Positions 23,154 through 32,197 of a stretch of 64,000 nt of DNA are shown one piece after another. The position numbers and the translations under genes were made by a program. The DNA is taken from assembly GCA_951812955.1 (NCBI GenBank), contig OX638340.1, positions 1,952,001 through 2,016,000 of the forward strand, given 5' to 3'. This stretch comes from an uncultured Gemmatimonadota bacterium. GTDB taxonomy: Bacteria > JAAXHH01. The notes below the pieces were generated by a model that was not told the origin of the DNA, made no database searches, and saw nothing but the letters and a program-made list of their open reading frames with translations. Every line of letters starts with the position of its first letter. Within the stretch, counting starts at the first letter, position 1.

Positions 23154-24524
23154 CTATTCCGGCTGACCGACCTCGCTTCTCGACAACCGATAGGTCGCGT
23201 ACATCAACCCGGATAGCAACACCAGCACCAGGCCGGTGCCGACGAGCAATGCGTATTCGTCTACGAGCAAGAGCAGATACAGGACCGTGTAGAGCGTCGC
23301 AAGCACGACGGACACGTATGCCGTGCCCCGGCCGGACCTGGAGGCGGCAGCGACGTATATTCCGTTCATCGACGTGATAAGCGCGGCCGCGATCAGGTAG
23401 CCCCATCCGAAACCGATGTGCTCGGCCAGCGACAGCAGCGCGAGAAAGAACACGACGAGGCCAATGCCCACCACGCCGAATTGCACGATGTGAAAGCGGA
23501 TGCCGGTAATCAGTTCTATGCATACCACGCTGATCATGGTGAAGACGATAAACAGAATACCGTATTGCAGGCTGCGGGTCACGGAACGATAGATGTCATC
23601 GGCCTTGAATACGCTGAATCCGACCCCTTCCCGGTATTCAGATGGAGCAGTCGCGTTCCGGCGGCCCGGTTCCGTGAAGGATTCGCCGCGGGTCGTGAAA
23701 GGCAGCATTTCGGCGGCACCGCGACCGTACGCGTCCAGAACGCGTGAATAACCTCTGGCGAGCCTTCCCGTGGTCCACTCGGCCGTGAAACCGCTGTCGT
23801 CCACGGTGTGTTCATCCGGCAGTATGCGACCGTCGAAGCTTGGATGGGGCCACGTCGACGTCATCGTGATACGCGTCTCGTCTCCCACGGGTTCAATGCC
23901 GAACCGCTCGGTCCCACGAAACGTGAGAGCGAGCTGAAACGTACGGTCCCACGTCATTCCGGCAAGACGCACCGGAGCCTGCACCCCTTCGCCAATCGTG
24001 TCGAAACCGGTACCGGACTCCAGATCGACCGGGATGTCGCCGAGTCTCAACGTTCCTTGCTGAATGCCCCGGGTGTCCGACACGCCCACTAGAACCGTCA
24101 TACGGTCCAGGATGATTTCACCGTACTGGTTCTGCAATTCCGAAACGTCGAGATCGGGGAATTCGCCGGTGGCGTCCAGGGACGCGGTGAAGACTGGTAC
24201 GTCGAAGATCCCTCTGGAACGGATTTCGTACGTACTGTTCAGTTCCGCGCTCAGTTTGTCGGGCATGACGAAGATATGCGGTTCGCCATCGGGGTAGCCC
24301 TCTCTGTCGTCGTCCTGGGGAGGGTTGTAGGGTATAGCCAGGATCGGTCCGACGATGGTCTGCGGCCCCGACCATGAATGACTGACGTTCGTAAGCGCCT
24401 CGTCCTGGTATCCGCTGCGGTCCATCACCACGACATTAAGCAATGCCCACGGGATCATCAGGCCGACGATCAGGATGATCGCGATCAGGAATCGAATGGT
24501 TGTCGACGAAGTATTGATTTGCAT
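23154..24524 (-). CDS. creD: CreD-family cell envelope integrity inner-membrane protein
   Basis: The N-terminal TM is followed by 'DRSGYQDEALTNVSHSWSGPQTIVGPILAIPY', which matches the conserved CreD N-terminal block. The C-terminal third is polytopic. Length is 456 aa. Confidence 0.65.
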   Translation of the reverse strand: MQINTSSTTIRFLIAIILIVGLMIPWALLNVVVMDRSGYQDEALTNVSHSWSGPQTIVGPILAIPYNPPQDDDREGYPDGEPHIFVMPDKLSAELNSTYEIRSRGIFDVPVFTASLDATGEFPDLDVSELQNQYGEIILDRMTVLVGVSDTRGIQQGTLRLGDIPVDLESGTGFDTIGEGVQAPVRLAGMTWDRTFQLALTFRGTERFGIEPVGDETRITMTSTWPHPSFDGRILPDEHTVDDSGFTAEWTTGRLARGYSRVLDAYGRGAAEMLPFTTRGESFTEPGRRNATAPSEYREGVGFSVFKADDIYRSVTRSLQYGILFIVFTMISVVCIELITGIRFHIVQFGVVGIGLVVFFLALLSLAEHIGFGWGYLIAAALITSMNGIYVAAASRSGRGTAYVSVVLATLYTVLYLLLLVDEYALLVGTGLVLVLLSGLMYATYRLSRSEVGQPE

Positions 24525-24688
24525 CGTAGTGCATTTCCCTTCATGGCGGCGACGTTCCTGCTATGACAATGGCGTCTGTATCAGTGAATTAGACGAAGGA
24601 CCCGGGAGATCGTTCCTTCTCCGCGACAAAGCCGGTCCGGTTGTTCAATTCGTCGCAGTTGATCCGTGTGGTTGGTTTTCAGGGCGGG

Positions 24689-26011
24689 CTAGATGTATCG
24701 TACCCAACTGCTGGGCCGGCGGGATTTGAAACGGCGGAACCAGAGGCACACGGGATAGAGCAGGACCAGCACGGCCAGGGCGGCCAGGTAGGCGGCGCCT
24801 ACACCTTGATTCATGAACATGCCCATGGCCAGCGCACTGAATATCAAAATGTGCATATGAATCAAGTAGAAGAAAAAGGCGGTCTGACCGAACACAAGCA
24901 GCGGATTCCAGGCTCTTGCCGGTCTTTTCATCGTCCGCTGGTATCTGAAGAAACCCCACAGGAACAGGGCCATCAGTCCCAACTCGAGCAACGCAAACGT
25001 CAGGCTGGGCGGGTACTTGTTGACATGCAGCCATTGCACCAGCGAGAAGTCTTCACGCAACAGCAGCATATTCCCATAGCCATTCCAGGCGCGAAACAGC
25101 ACAAACAGACCCAATGCCAGCATGCCCGCGATGAGCAGCAGGCGTTCGACAGACATCGGCGACCGGGCGTTCGGACGTTGCGGCGTTGCGGCGGTAGGCA
25201 CCGGTTCGACGGGTACTGCGGCGGTCAGGCGTTGCAGCAGGAACCGGCCAAATAGCCAGCCCAGTATCATCATCCCCAGCCAAGGCACAAAAGGATACTG
25301 TACCCACAAGGGTATGGGGCCGATCTTGACCAGCAGTCCCGGATGGAAAAAGGGGTTGAAGATGCTCATCCAGCCCAGGTTTCGGACCTGGGCGGCCGCG
25401 TCGTTCATCGCATCCTGATCGAATTCCCCATCCGGAACCGGCATATTCGTCACCTCGCGAATCATGTCGGCTGTAACACCCCCCAGATGCATGATGCCCC
25501 AGAACAGGGCCTCGTACAAAAACAGGATCGCCAGCGCGGTGATCAACAGGGTGCGGGTGGACAGGCGCCGCAAGGGGATCATGCAGATGAGACCCATGCC
25601 GATGGCGAAGAGGACCTGCAGCGAAAACGGTGCCCACCACAGCAGTTCAAAAGCCAGGATGACGAGCGCTCGTTTGAAAAGGTGCCAGTCCAGGTCGCGG
25701 TCGCGAGCTCCCACCAGGCGGCGCCGTTCGAAACTCAGCGCCACCGCGGTTCCGGCCAGAAAGACGAAGGTAGGCGCGCACAGGTGGGTGATCCAGCGGG
25801 TAAAGAACTGGGCGGCGGGCAGTTCGGATCCCGCCTCGTGCGCGAACCACGAATCGTCCCCGAGCCGGCCGCCGTTAAATGCAAGGCTGGCGTGGTCGAT
25901 GGCCATCAGGACCATGACGAGGCCGCGCATCCAGTCGATGGCTGCCAGGCGGTTCGCGTCCGTGGTTAACGGCCTCCCGGGATCAACGGCGTTCTTGACA
26001 CCAGTAGCCAT
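24689..26011 (-). CDS. DUF1624/HGSNAT-like polytopic membrane protein (putative acyltransferase)
   Basis: 'RLAAIDWMRGLVMVLMAIDH' matches the DUF1624 signature (IDxxRG). There are ~10 predicted TMs. Confidence 0.5.
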   Translation of the reverse strand: MATGVKNAVDPGRPLTTDANRLAAIDWMRGLVMVLMAIDHASLAFNGGRLGDDSWFAHEAGSELPAAQFFTRWITHLCAPTFVFLAGTAVALSFERRRLVGARDRDLDWHLFKRALVILAFELLWWAPFSLQVLFAIGMGLICMIPLRRLSTRTLLITALAILFLYEALFWGIMHLGGVTADMIREVTNMPVPDGEFDQDAMNDAAAQVRNLGWMSIFNPFFHPGLLVKIGPIPLWVQYPFVPWLGMMILGWLFGRFLLQRLTAAVPVEPVPTAATPQRPNARSPMSVERLLLIAGMLALGLFVLFRAWNGYGNMLLLREDFSLVQWLHVNKYPPSLTFALLELGLMALFLWGFFRYQRTMKRPARAWNPLLVFGQTAFFFYLIHMHILIFSALAMGMFMNQGVGAAYLAALAVLVLLYPVCLWFRRFKSRRPSSWVRYI

Positions 26012-26079
26012 TCGGATTGCTCTCTATCGTTGAAATTGGATTTCATCTCTGATTCGATCGGAGTTGCCATCCAATTGGC

Positions 26080-27429
26080 CTACAACAGGGACATGTAGGT
26101 TTTCAGTTCGTAGTCGGTGACCTGCGACCGGTAGCGTTCCCACTCTTCCTGCTTGTTCTCGATCAGTTTGTCGAAGACCTCTTTGCCAAGACATTCCACC
26201 AGCAGCTCGCTTCCTTCCGCCAGTTTGATCGCCTCGTTCAGGTCCTTGGGCAGGGACTTGATGCCCAGTTGCCGCCGTTCTTCGTGGGACATGCTGTACA
26301 AGTCGGTTTCAGCGGGCGGACCGAGTTCGTATCCGTTTTCGATGCCCGCAAGGCCCGCCGAAAGGATGACGGCGAAGGCCAGGTAGGGATTGCAGGAAGG
26401 ATCGGGAGCGCGGTACTCCACGCGCATGGCTTCGTGTTTCGCGGGGTTGTAGGTGGGCAGCCGGATCATGTCCGCGCGGTTGTGCAGTGCCCAGGAGACG
26501 AAGAGGGGAGCTTCGTATCCCGCGATCAGGCGCTTGTACGAGTTCACCCACTGGTTCGTGACCAGCATGGTCTCGGGGGCGTGGCGCATCAGCCCGGCGA
26601 TGAAGGCCCGACCCGTGTCCGACAGGTGGTGTTCTTTGTCTTCGTCGAAAAAGGCGTTCGTATCGCCACGGAACAGCGAAAGGTGTATATGCATCCCGCT
26701 CCCGTTGTGGCCGGCGTGGGGTTTGGGCATGAAGGTGGCGTACACGTTGTGCCGGAGGGCTACTTCCTTCACCACCAGGCGGTAGGTCATGGTGTAGTCC
26801 GCCATGGTCATGGCGTCGGTATATCGCAGGGAGATCTCGCTCTGGCTGGGGCCGCCCTCGTGGTGGCTGAACTCGACGCCGATACCGACCTCCTCCAAGG
26901 CCATCACGGTGTCGCGTCGCAGGTCGGTCGCCCAGTCCAGGGGGGTCAGGTCGAAGTAGCCGCCCCGGTCGAGGGGCTGGGGCGGACCTTCGCTGGACTT
27001 GAGGTAGTAGTATTCCAGTTCTGGCTGGACGTAGAAGGTAAACCCGTGCTCCGCCGCGCGCTGTAGGCTTCTTTTCAGGATCTGGCGTGGATCGCCTTCG
27101 TAGGGCCCGGCGCCATCCGGATCCAGGATATCGCAGAACATGCTGCCCACGGCGCTCTTCCTCGCATCCGGGCGCCAGGGGAGGACCTGGAACGTGCTGG
27201 GATCCGGCATGGCGATCATGTCCTGCTCGCTGTGCCGGATGAATCCCTCGATAGACGAACCGTCGAAGACCTCGCCGTCCTTCAAAGCGTCTTCCAGTTC
27301 CTCCACCGTAATGGAGAAACTCTTCAGAAAACCCAGTATATCCGTAAACCACAACTGGATGATCTTAACGTTGTGTTCCTGGGCCGTATGGAGTACGTAG
27401 TCCTTCGCCGCATCCGATGTGTCGCTCAT
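26080..27429 (-). CDS. glnA: Glutamine synthetase, type I (GlnA)
   Basis: It shows 'NVKIIQLWFTDILGFLKSFSI' (N-terminal beta-grasp), 'FDGSSIEGF', and a catalytic-domain pattern consistent with GSI-alpha. Length is 449 aa. Confidence 0.85.
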   Translation of the reverse strand: MSDTSDAAKDYVLHTAQEHNVKIIQLWFTDILGFLKSFSITVEELEDALKDGEVFDGSSIEGFIRHSEQDMIAMPDPSTFQVLPWRPDARKSAVGSMFCDILDPDGAGPYEGDPRQILKRSLQRAAEHGFTFYVQPELEYYYLKSSEGPPQPLDRGGYFDLTPLDWATDLRRDTVMALEEVGIGVEFSHHEGGPSQSEISLRYTDAMTMADYTMTYRLVVKEVALRHNVYATFMPKPHAGHNGSGMHIHLSLFRGDTNAFFDEDKEHHLSDTGRAFIAGLMRHAPETMLVTNQWVNSYKRLIAGYEAPLFVSWALHNRADMIRLPTYNPAKHEAMRVEYRAPDPSCNPYLAFAVILSAGLAGIENGYELGPPAETDLYSMSHEERRQLGIKSLPKDLNEAIKLAEGSELLVECLGKEVFDKLIENKQEEWERYRSQVTDYELKTYMSLL

Positions 27430-27687
27430 GCCTCACCTGTCAGAGTTTCCAGACTGGCTACTTGGACGGCTTTACCTTTCTTTTTCTCTTCATCTGGCGG
27501 ACCGCGGCCTTGCGCCTCTGTTCCTTGCGAAACCGCTGTCTCCGTAGTTCCTTCTGGCGTTCACGCATATCCACTCCCTGGTACATGTCCCGGCTCTACG
27601 GCCCGGACGGTATAATGGGCTCCCGACGATCCTGATCACGGGGATCCTCGCGGAGGTTCTACGGCTGTTTTTTTTATCAGTTTGTCA

Positions 27688-27716
27688 TTGATTGCAGCTT
27701 CAAGGACGATTATACA
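27688..27716 (+). promoter_or_regulatory. Candidate promoter TTGATT-N17-TATACA upstream of the ocd-like/GT9 pair
   Basis: Sequence resemblance only. It is preceded by a T8 run at 27668-27675. Confidence 0.2.
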
Positions 27717-27799
27717 ATCTAAACCGGACCAACAGTCCGGGCAATCAGTTTCTCGCTCGCTTAACACACCATGAGTCCTTCTTCCGATCGGAGCCTTTC

Positions 27800-28786
27800 G
27801 TGAACCAGGTACGCCTTCTATCCAGGTCGGATATGGCTTCCGTCCTCGCCATGCCGGATGTGATCGAGGCCGTGGAAGAAGGATTTCGCTCCGTCGGCGA
27901 GAAAGATCACGTCCCCGTCCGCCTGCCCGTCCGGGTGGCGGACCGGCCCGCGGTCGCGCTCTTCATGCCGGCCTACCTGCATGGTTCGCATACGCTGGGC
28001 GCCAAGGTCGTTTCCGCGTTTCACGACAATCCATCCAGGGGCCTTCCCATGATCACAGGGTTTTACGTCCTGTGCGACGCGGAGACCGGCCGGCTCATCG
28101 CCCTCATGGACGCCACTTTCCTCACCGGTATTCGGACGGCGGCCGCGTCCGCGGTGGCCACGAAGTACCTGGCCCGCGAGGATGCGAAGGTACTGGGCAT
28201 AATCGGAACGGGCGTTCAGGGCCGGTTCCACGTAGACGCGATCGCGGCGGTCCGCCCTATTGAACGGGTCGTCGCGTACAACAGGACGGCCGAGCGGGGA
28301 CGCGCATTCGTGGAAGGCCTTCAATCCCGGGGGATATCCTGCAGGCTGGCGGACACCGCCGCCGAATGCGCGGCCGAAGCGGACGTGCTGGCGGTCTGCA
28401 CTTCCGGCAAGACCCCCCTCTTCGACGGCGAACTGGTCCGTCCCGGTACGCACGTGAACGCCGTGGGCGTCTTCACCGCCGACTCGCAGGAACTGGACGT
28501 CACGTTGATACAGCGGGCCCGCGTCTTCGTAGATACGTTCGAAGGCGCGTTCGAGGAAGCGGGCGACATCATCGTTCCCCTGCGGGCGGGCGACATCGAT
28601 AGGGATCACATCCTCGCGGAATTGACCGAACTCGTTACCGGCCGGAAGGCCGGACGGACAAACCGTGAAGAGATCACGGTGTTCAAGTCCGTGGGATACG
28701 CCATGGAGGACGCGGTCACTGCAAAGCTGGCCTATGAGCGGGCATCGGCCGCCGGGACCGGGTCCGTCTTCGACCTGGAAGCATGA
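27800..28786 (+). CDS. Ornithine cyclodeaminase/mu-crystallin family protein
   Basis: The NAD-binding motif is 'LGIIGTGVQGRFHVDAIAAVRPIERVVAYNRT'. The N-terminus 'LLSRSDMASVLAMPDVIEAVEEGF' is typical of OCD. A GTG start at 27800 was preferred over the ORF-track 27692. Confidence 0.7.
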   Translation: MNQVRLLSRSDMASVLAMPDVIEAVEEGFRSVGEKDHVPVRLPVRVADRPAVALFMPAYLHGSHTLGAKVVSAFHDNPSRGLPMITGFYVLCDAETGRLIALMDATFLTGIRTAAASAVATKYLAREDAKVLGIIGTGVQGRFHVDAIAAVRPIERVVAYNRTAERGRAFVEGLQSRGISCRLADTAAECAAEADVLAVCTSGKTPLFDGELVRPGTHVNAVGVFTADSQELDVTLIQRARVFVDTFEGAFEEAGDIIVPLRAGDIDRDHILAELTELVTGRKAGRTNREEITVFKSVGYAMEDAVTAKLAYERASAAGTGSVFDLEA

Positions 28787-29769
28787 AGCGCGTTCTGATC
28801 ATCCGGTCCGGCGCGGTCGGCGACCTGATCCTTACCCTGCCCGTGCTCTCCGCGCTGAAGAAGCACTACGAAGGCCTGTCCATCGACATGATGGGCGATC
28901 CGGTCCGCCTGGCCCTGCTTAAGCATTGCGGCTGCGTGGACAACGTGCTTTCAATTGACGACCGCGTATTCACCCCGTTGTTCGCGCCGAGTGGTGCACC
29001 CTCGGGCCCCGGGTTGCACAGCCTGCAGTCTTACGAAGCGATCATTTCCTACCTTCCTGATGCAGACGGAGTGTTTGAGGATAACCTTCGAAAATTCGTG
29101 GGCGGTCCAGTGCTGACAGGGCTGTCCCGTCCCCCCGAAGGCCGTAGAATCCACATGACCCATGTGCTGATGGACGCCCTGGAGCCCCTGGGAGTGGACG
29201 CCATCGCCGATCCACCCGAGATCGACCTTCCTTTGGGCGCGGCAGCGGAGGATGTCTCACACCTGGCTTCGGACAGAACGCCCATCGCCATCCATCCAGG
29301 CAGCGGCGGACCCGCGAAATGCTGGCCGGCAGAGCGGTTCGTGGCGCTGATCGAATGCCTTGTCGGCTTGGGCTACATGCCAGTCGTCACCTTCGGTCCC
29401 GCCGACGACGCGGTACGCCGTCGCATACTCCCGCGCATCTCGGATAGCGACGTGCTTATCGTGGAGAACCGCCCGCTCGTCGACATGGCCGTCCTCTATG
29501 GCCGATGCCGGGCGATGATCGGCAACGATTCCGGCATGACCCACCTGGCCGCGGCGACGGGCACGCAGGTCATCGGCCTTTTCGGACCGACCGATCCGGC
29601 CGTTTGGGGTCCCAGGGGGAAAAGTGTGAGGATTTTGTGGGGGAAGGAAGTGATTGAGGAAGACGTGGGAGCGGCGAGGTGTACGGATGTGTTTTATGTC
29701 AGAAGGTTGAAGGATATAGCCGTGGGGTCAGTCCTGAACAAACTGGCGGTTCTGCAAACTCCAACCTGA
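28783..29769 (+). CDS. Glycosyltransferase family 9 (ADP-heptose:LPS heptosyltransferase-like)
   Basis: The N-terminus 'MKRVLIIRSGAVGDLILTLPVLSALKKHY' is the GT9 hallmark. There is an ATGA start/stop overlap with the upstream gene. Confidence 0.75.
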   Translation: MKRVLIIRSGAVGDLILTLPVLSALKKHYEGLSIDMMGDPVRLALLKHCGCVDNVLSIDDRVFTPLFAPSGAPSGPGLHSLQSYEAIISYLPDADGVFEDNLRKFVGGPVLTGLSRPPEGRRIHMTHVLMDALEPLGVDAIADPPEIDLPLGAAAEDVSHLASDRTPIAIHPGSGGPAKCWPAERFVALIECLVGLGYMPVVTFGPADDAVRRRILPRISDSDVLIVENRPLVDMAVLYGRCRAMIGNDSGMTHLAAATGTQVIGLFGPTDPAVWGPRGKSVRILWGKEVIEEDVGAARCTDVFYVRRLKDIAVGSVLNKLAVLQTPT

Positions 29770-29805
29770 GGGATAGTTAGCGTTACCGATTTGGTTTGAG
29801 CAGAC

Positions 29806-30798
29806 CTAGGGCCTGAAGGACCACGTGGCCTTACCCGTCCTCTCCACGGTAAGGCGGCACGCGGGACCAAAGGTATGGGTCGTGGTTACGGAAACAGACT
29901 GCGTTTCCATGGTAAAGGCGCTGATGCCTCCGACGCTTCCGGTTCCTCCGCCCACTCCATTTTGCCCTGTTCCATCGCGGTCTTCTTCCTGCAGCATCCG
30001 TTCCACTACGATTTCGAGATCGGGACCGCGGAACTTATTCCGATCAGGGGAAGTTTTTGGCTCGTCCCCGGTTTCTCCATTCTTCCCAAGGTCCCGGTCG
30101 ACTCTATTCACACGCTCTAAACCATCCCGTCCCACCGGCGCTTCGTGTCCAGCCTCTTCCCGGGCATATCCGAATATATCGAGCTCCGCTTCGAGCAAAT
30201 CGGCCTCATCGGGGGGCAGGGTCACGGTCACCGACGTGATATCCCGGAAGAGCCGGTCAGGCAGGTCGTCACCGATGGCGGAACGGTAGCGGGTCAGGAA
30301 CCTGCTTCGGGCGATGCCGGGGGTACCCGCGCCTGGCATCCCGGGGGGAAGATCGGGCGCCCAGTGGGCCAGGAACCCCGGGTTGTACTCCATTACCCAG
30401 GAAATCAACCGGGCATCGTCCGCGCGCGGAACCTCGACGGACCAGAACCAGGGGATGTCCTGGTCCCTGTACCTTCTGTTGCGCCTGTAACGCCTCACTT
30501 CGACTTCCGTGGCCTGTTTCAGCCGGCGCGCTAACTCTTCCGACCCGCCTTCCGACTCAATGCCGAATGCCAGGCCGTCGCGGGGTGCCCAGGAAGTCTT
30601 CTCCGGATTCATGAACTCGAAATAGGTCTGGCGGCCGTAGTAGTAGCGGCCGGTCCACGACATGCCCGTGGCCTGATCGTGGGTCGTACGTTCTTCCGAA
30701 CAGGCGAAGTGTTCGTTCAAGAACCCGGACGCGGACAGGGCGCGGTAGGTGTCCCGGTCGACGAATACGAGCAGGTGGTTCAGATAGACGGAATGCAT
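29806..30798 (-). CDS. Hypothetical protein (no recognised motif; Gly-rich C-terminal tail)
   Basis: A 330-aa ORF in the same orientation and only 4 nt downstream of the sulfatase gene. The true 3' extent is uncertain. Confidence 0.4.
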   Translation of the reverse strand: MHSVYLNHLLVFVDRDTYRALSASGFLNEHFACSEERTTHDQATGMSWTGRYYYGRQTYFEFMNPEKTSWAPRDGLAFGIESEGGSEELARRLKQATEVEVRRYRRNRRYRDQDIPWFWSVEVPRADDARLISWVMEYNPGFLAHWAPDLPPGMPGAGTPGIARSRFLTRYRSAIGDDLPDRLFRDITSVTVTLPPDEADLLEAELDIFGYAREEAGHEAPVGRDGLERVNRVDRDLGKNGETGDEPKTSPDRNKFRGPDLEIVVERMLQEEDRDGTGQNGVGGGTGSVGGISAFTMETQSVSVTTTHTFGPACRLTVERTGKATWSFRP

Positions 30799-30801
30799 GG
30801 C

Positions 30802-32118
30802 TCAGACCGGGTACTGCGGATCGTCGGCCGCCGAGAGGTCGCCAGGACGGTTCAGCACGCCCCCGGGATCCGGAGGCACGACCTCGTGATCGACCAGGGG
30901 ATCGCCCGTTGAAGCCATCCAGCGGTCGAGCCGGGCACGCATGTCGCGCAGCGTATCGGCCGCTTTGGGACAGTCTGCCAGGTTGTTGGTCTCCGACGGG
31001 TCGAACAGGGTGTCGTAGAGCCGTTCGCGCGGCACGGGTCTTTCACGCCAGCCCGAATCGATCAGAGTCGACTTCGTGATCGATGCATCGCAGTTGGTCA
31101 TGACGGGCAGGTCGCGGCAGCCGTACCGCCGGATATACTTCCATCGGCGGGTCCGCACGGCCCGCTGGGGTTCATAGGCCGCGTGGAAATTCACCTCGGC
31201 GAAGACTTCATCGCGCACCTCTTCGGTTTCGCCCTGTACCAGGGGATCGAATGAAACGCCCTGCAGCCAGTCCGGACGTTCGATCCCGGCCAGATCGCAC
31301 ACGGTAGGGAATACGTCGATGTGGCTCACCATGCCATCGACGACCTTGCCGCCGCGGTATCCCGCGGGACCGCGCAGTATGAGCATGACGCCCATGCCGT
31401 GGTCGGTGAGGTGGCACTTCATCATGGGAAAGGCGATGCCGTGGTCGGTGGTACATATGACCAGGGTGTCGTCCCCCCACCCGTTCCGGTCAATCGCCTC
31501 GAGCACGCGTCCCATCTTCTGGTCGAGCGTCCGCGCGGCATCGATGAAGAGGCCCATGTCGCGGCGAAAATCGTCGGAATCCGGAAAAGGCGCCGGCGGG
31601 CGCACAAAACGGGGATCGGTCGACACTTCCCCATCGGGCTGCGCTGAGAATCCAGCACCCCTGCGATGGGTTTCGCCGAATCCCACGTCGAGGAAGAAGG
31701 GCCGGTCATGGGATTCCGCCAGGAACGATGCGGCCAGTTCCTCGGCAGGCGCCTTTTCGTTGCCGGCCTCTTGCGGCATGACGCGGGACCACCCGGCTTC
31801 GTCCAGGTCTTTGACGACGTGCTGGAATCCGGCCATCACCGTGTCGTACCCCGCCCTTCGCAGCGTGTGCATGATAAGTCGTTCCGGATGATGGATCGAC
31901 CAGCCCCGGTTGACCAGGCCGAACATGCCGCAACTGTGCGCCCACTGACCGGTAAGCAGGGCCCCGCGGCTCGGTGAGCAGGACGGGTTCGCACAGAAGG
32001 CTGACCTGAACACAACGCCCGTTTCCGCCAGATTCTGCAGGGCGGGTGTCGGGATGGCGTGGCCGTAAGGTTGGATGTACCGGCCGGTGTCGTGAGAATG
32101 GAGGTAAACGATATTCAT
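30802..32118 (-). CDS. Sulfatase (formylglycine-dependent arylsulfatase family)
   Basis: The N-terminal signature is 'CSPSRGALLTGQW' (C-x-P-x-R FGly motif). Metal-binding residues 'LHSHDTG' and 'CTTDHG' are present. Confidence 0.85.
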   Translation of the reverse strand: MNIVYLHSHDTGRYIQPYGHAIPTPALQNLAETGVVFRSAFCANPSCSPSRGALLTGQWAHSCGMFGLVNRGWSIHHPERLIMHTLRRAGYDTVMAGFQHVVKDLDEAGWSRVMPQEAGNEKAPAEELAASFLAESHDRPFFLDVGFGETHRRGAGFSAQPDGEVSTDPRFVRPPAPFPDSDDFRRDMGLFIDAARTLDQKMGRVLEAIDRNGWGDDTLVICTTDHGIAFPMMKCHLTDHGMGVMLILRGPAGYRGGKVVDGMVSHIDVFPTVCDLAGIERPDWLQGVSFDPLVQGETEEVRDEVFAEVNFHAAYEPQRAVRTRRWKYIRRYGCRDLPVMTNCDASITKSTLIDSGWRERPVPRERLYDTLFDPSETNNLADCPKAADTLRDMRARLDRWMASTGDPLVDHEVVPPDPGGVLNRPGDLSAADDPQYPV

Positions 32119-32197
32119 TGATGGTCGTTCCGCAAAGCCTCATTTCCAGCATGCGCCGGGCACTTCGATGCCTACATGCGCCTGGGCACTTCGATAC

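Noticed and set aside
26269-27352. 265-aa plus-strand and 347-aa minus-strand alternative-frame ORFs within glnA
   Set aside because: The glnA frame carries the canonical glutamine synthetase motifs. The alternatives are frame shadows.
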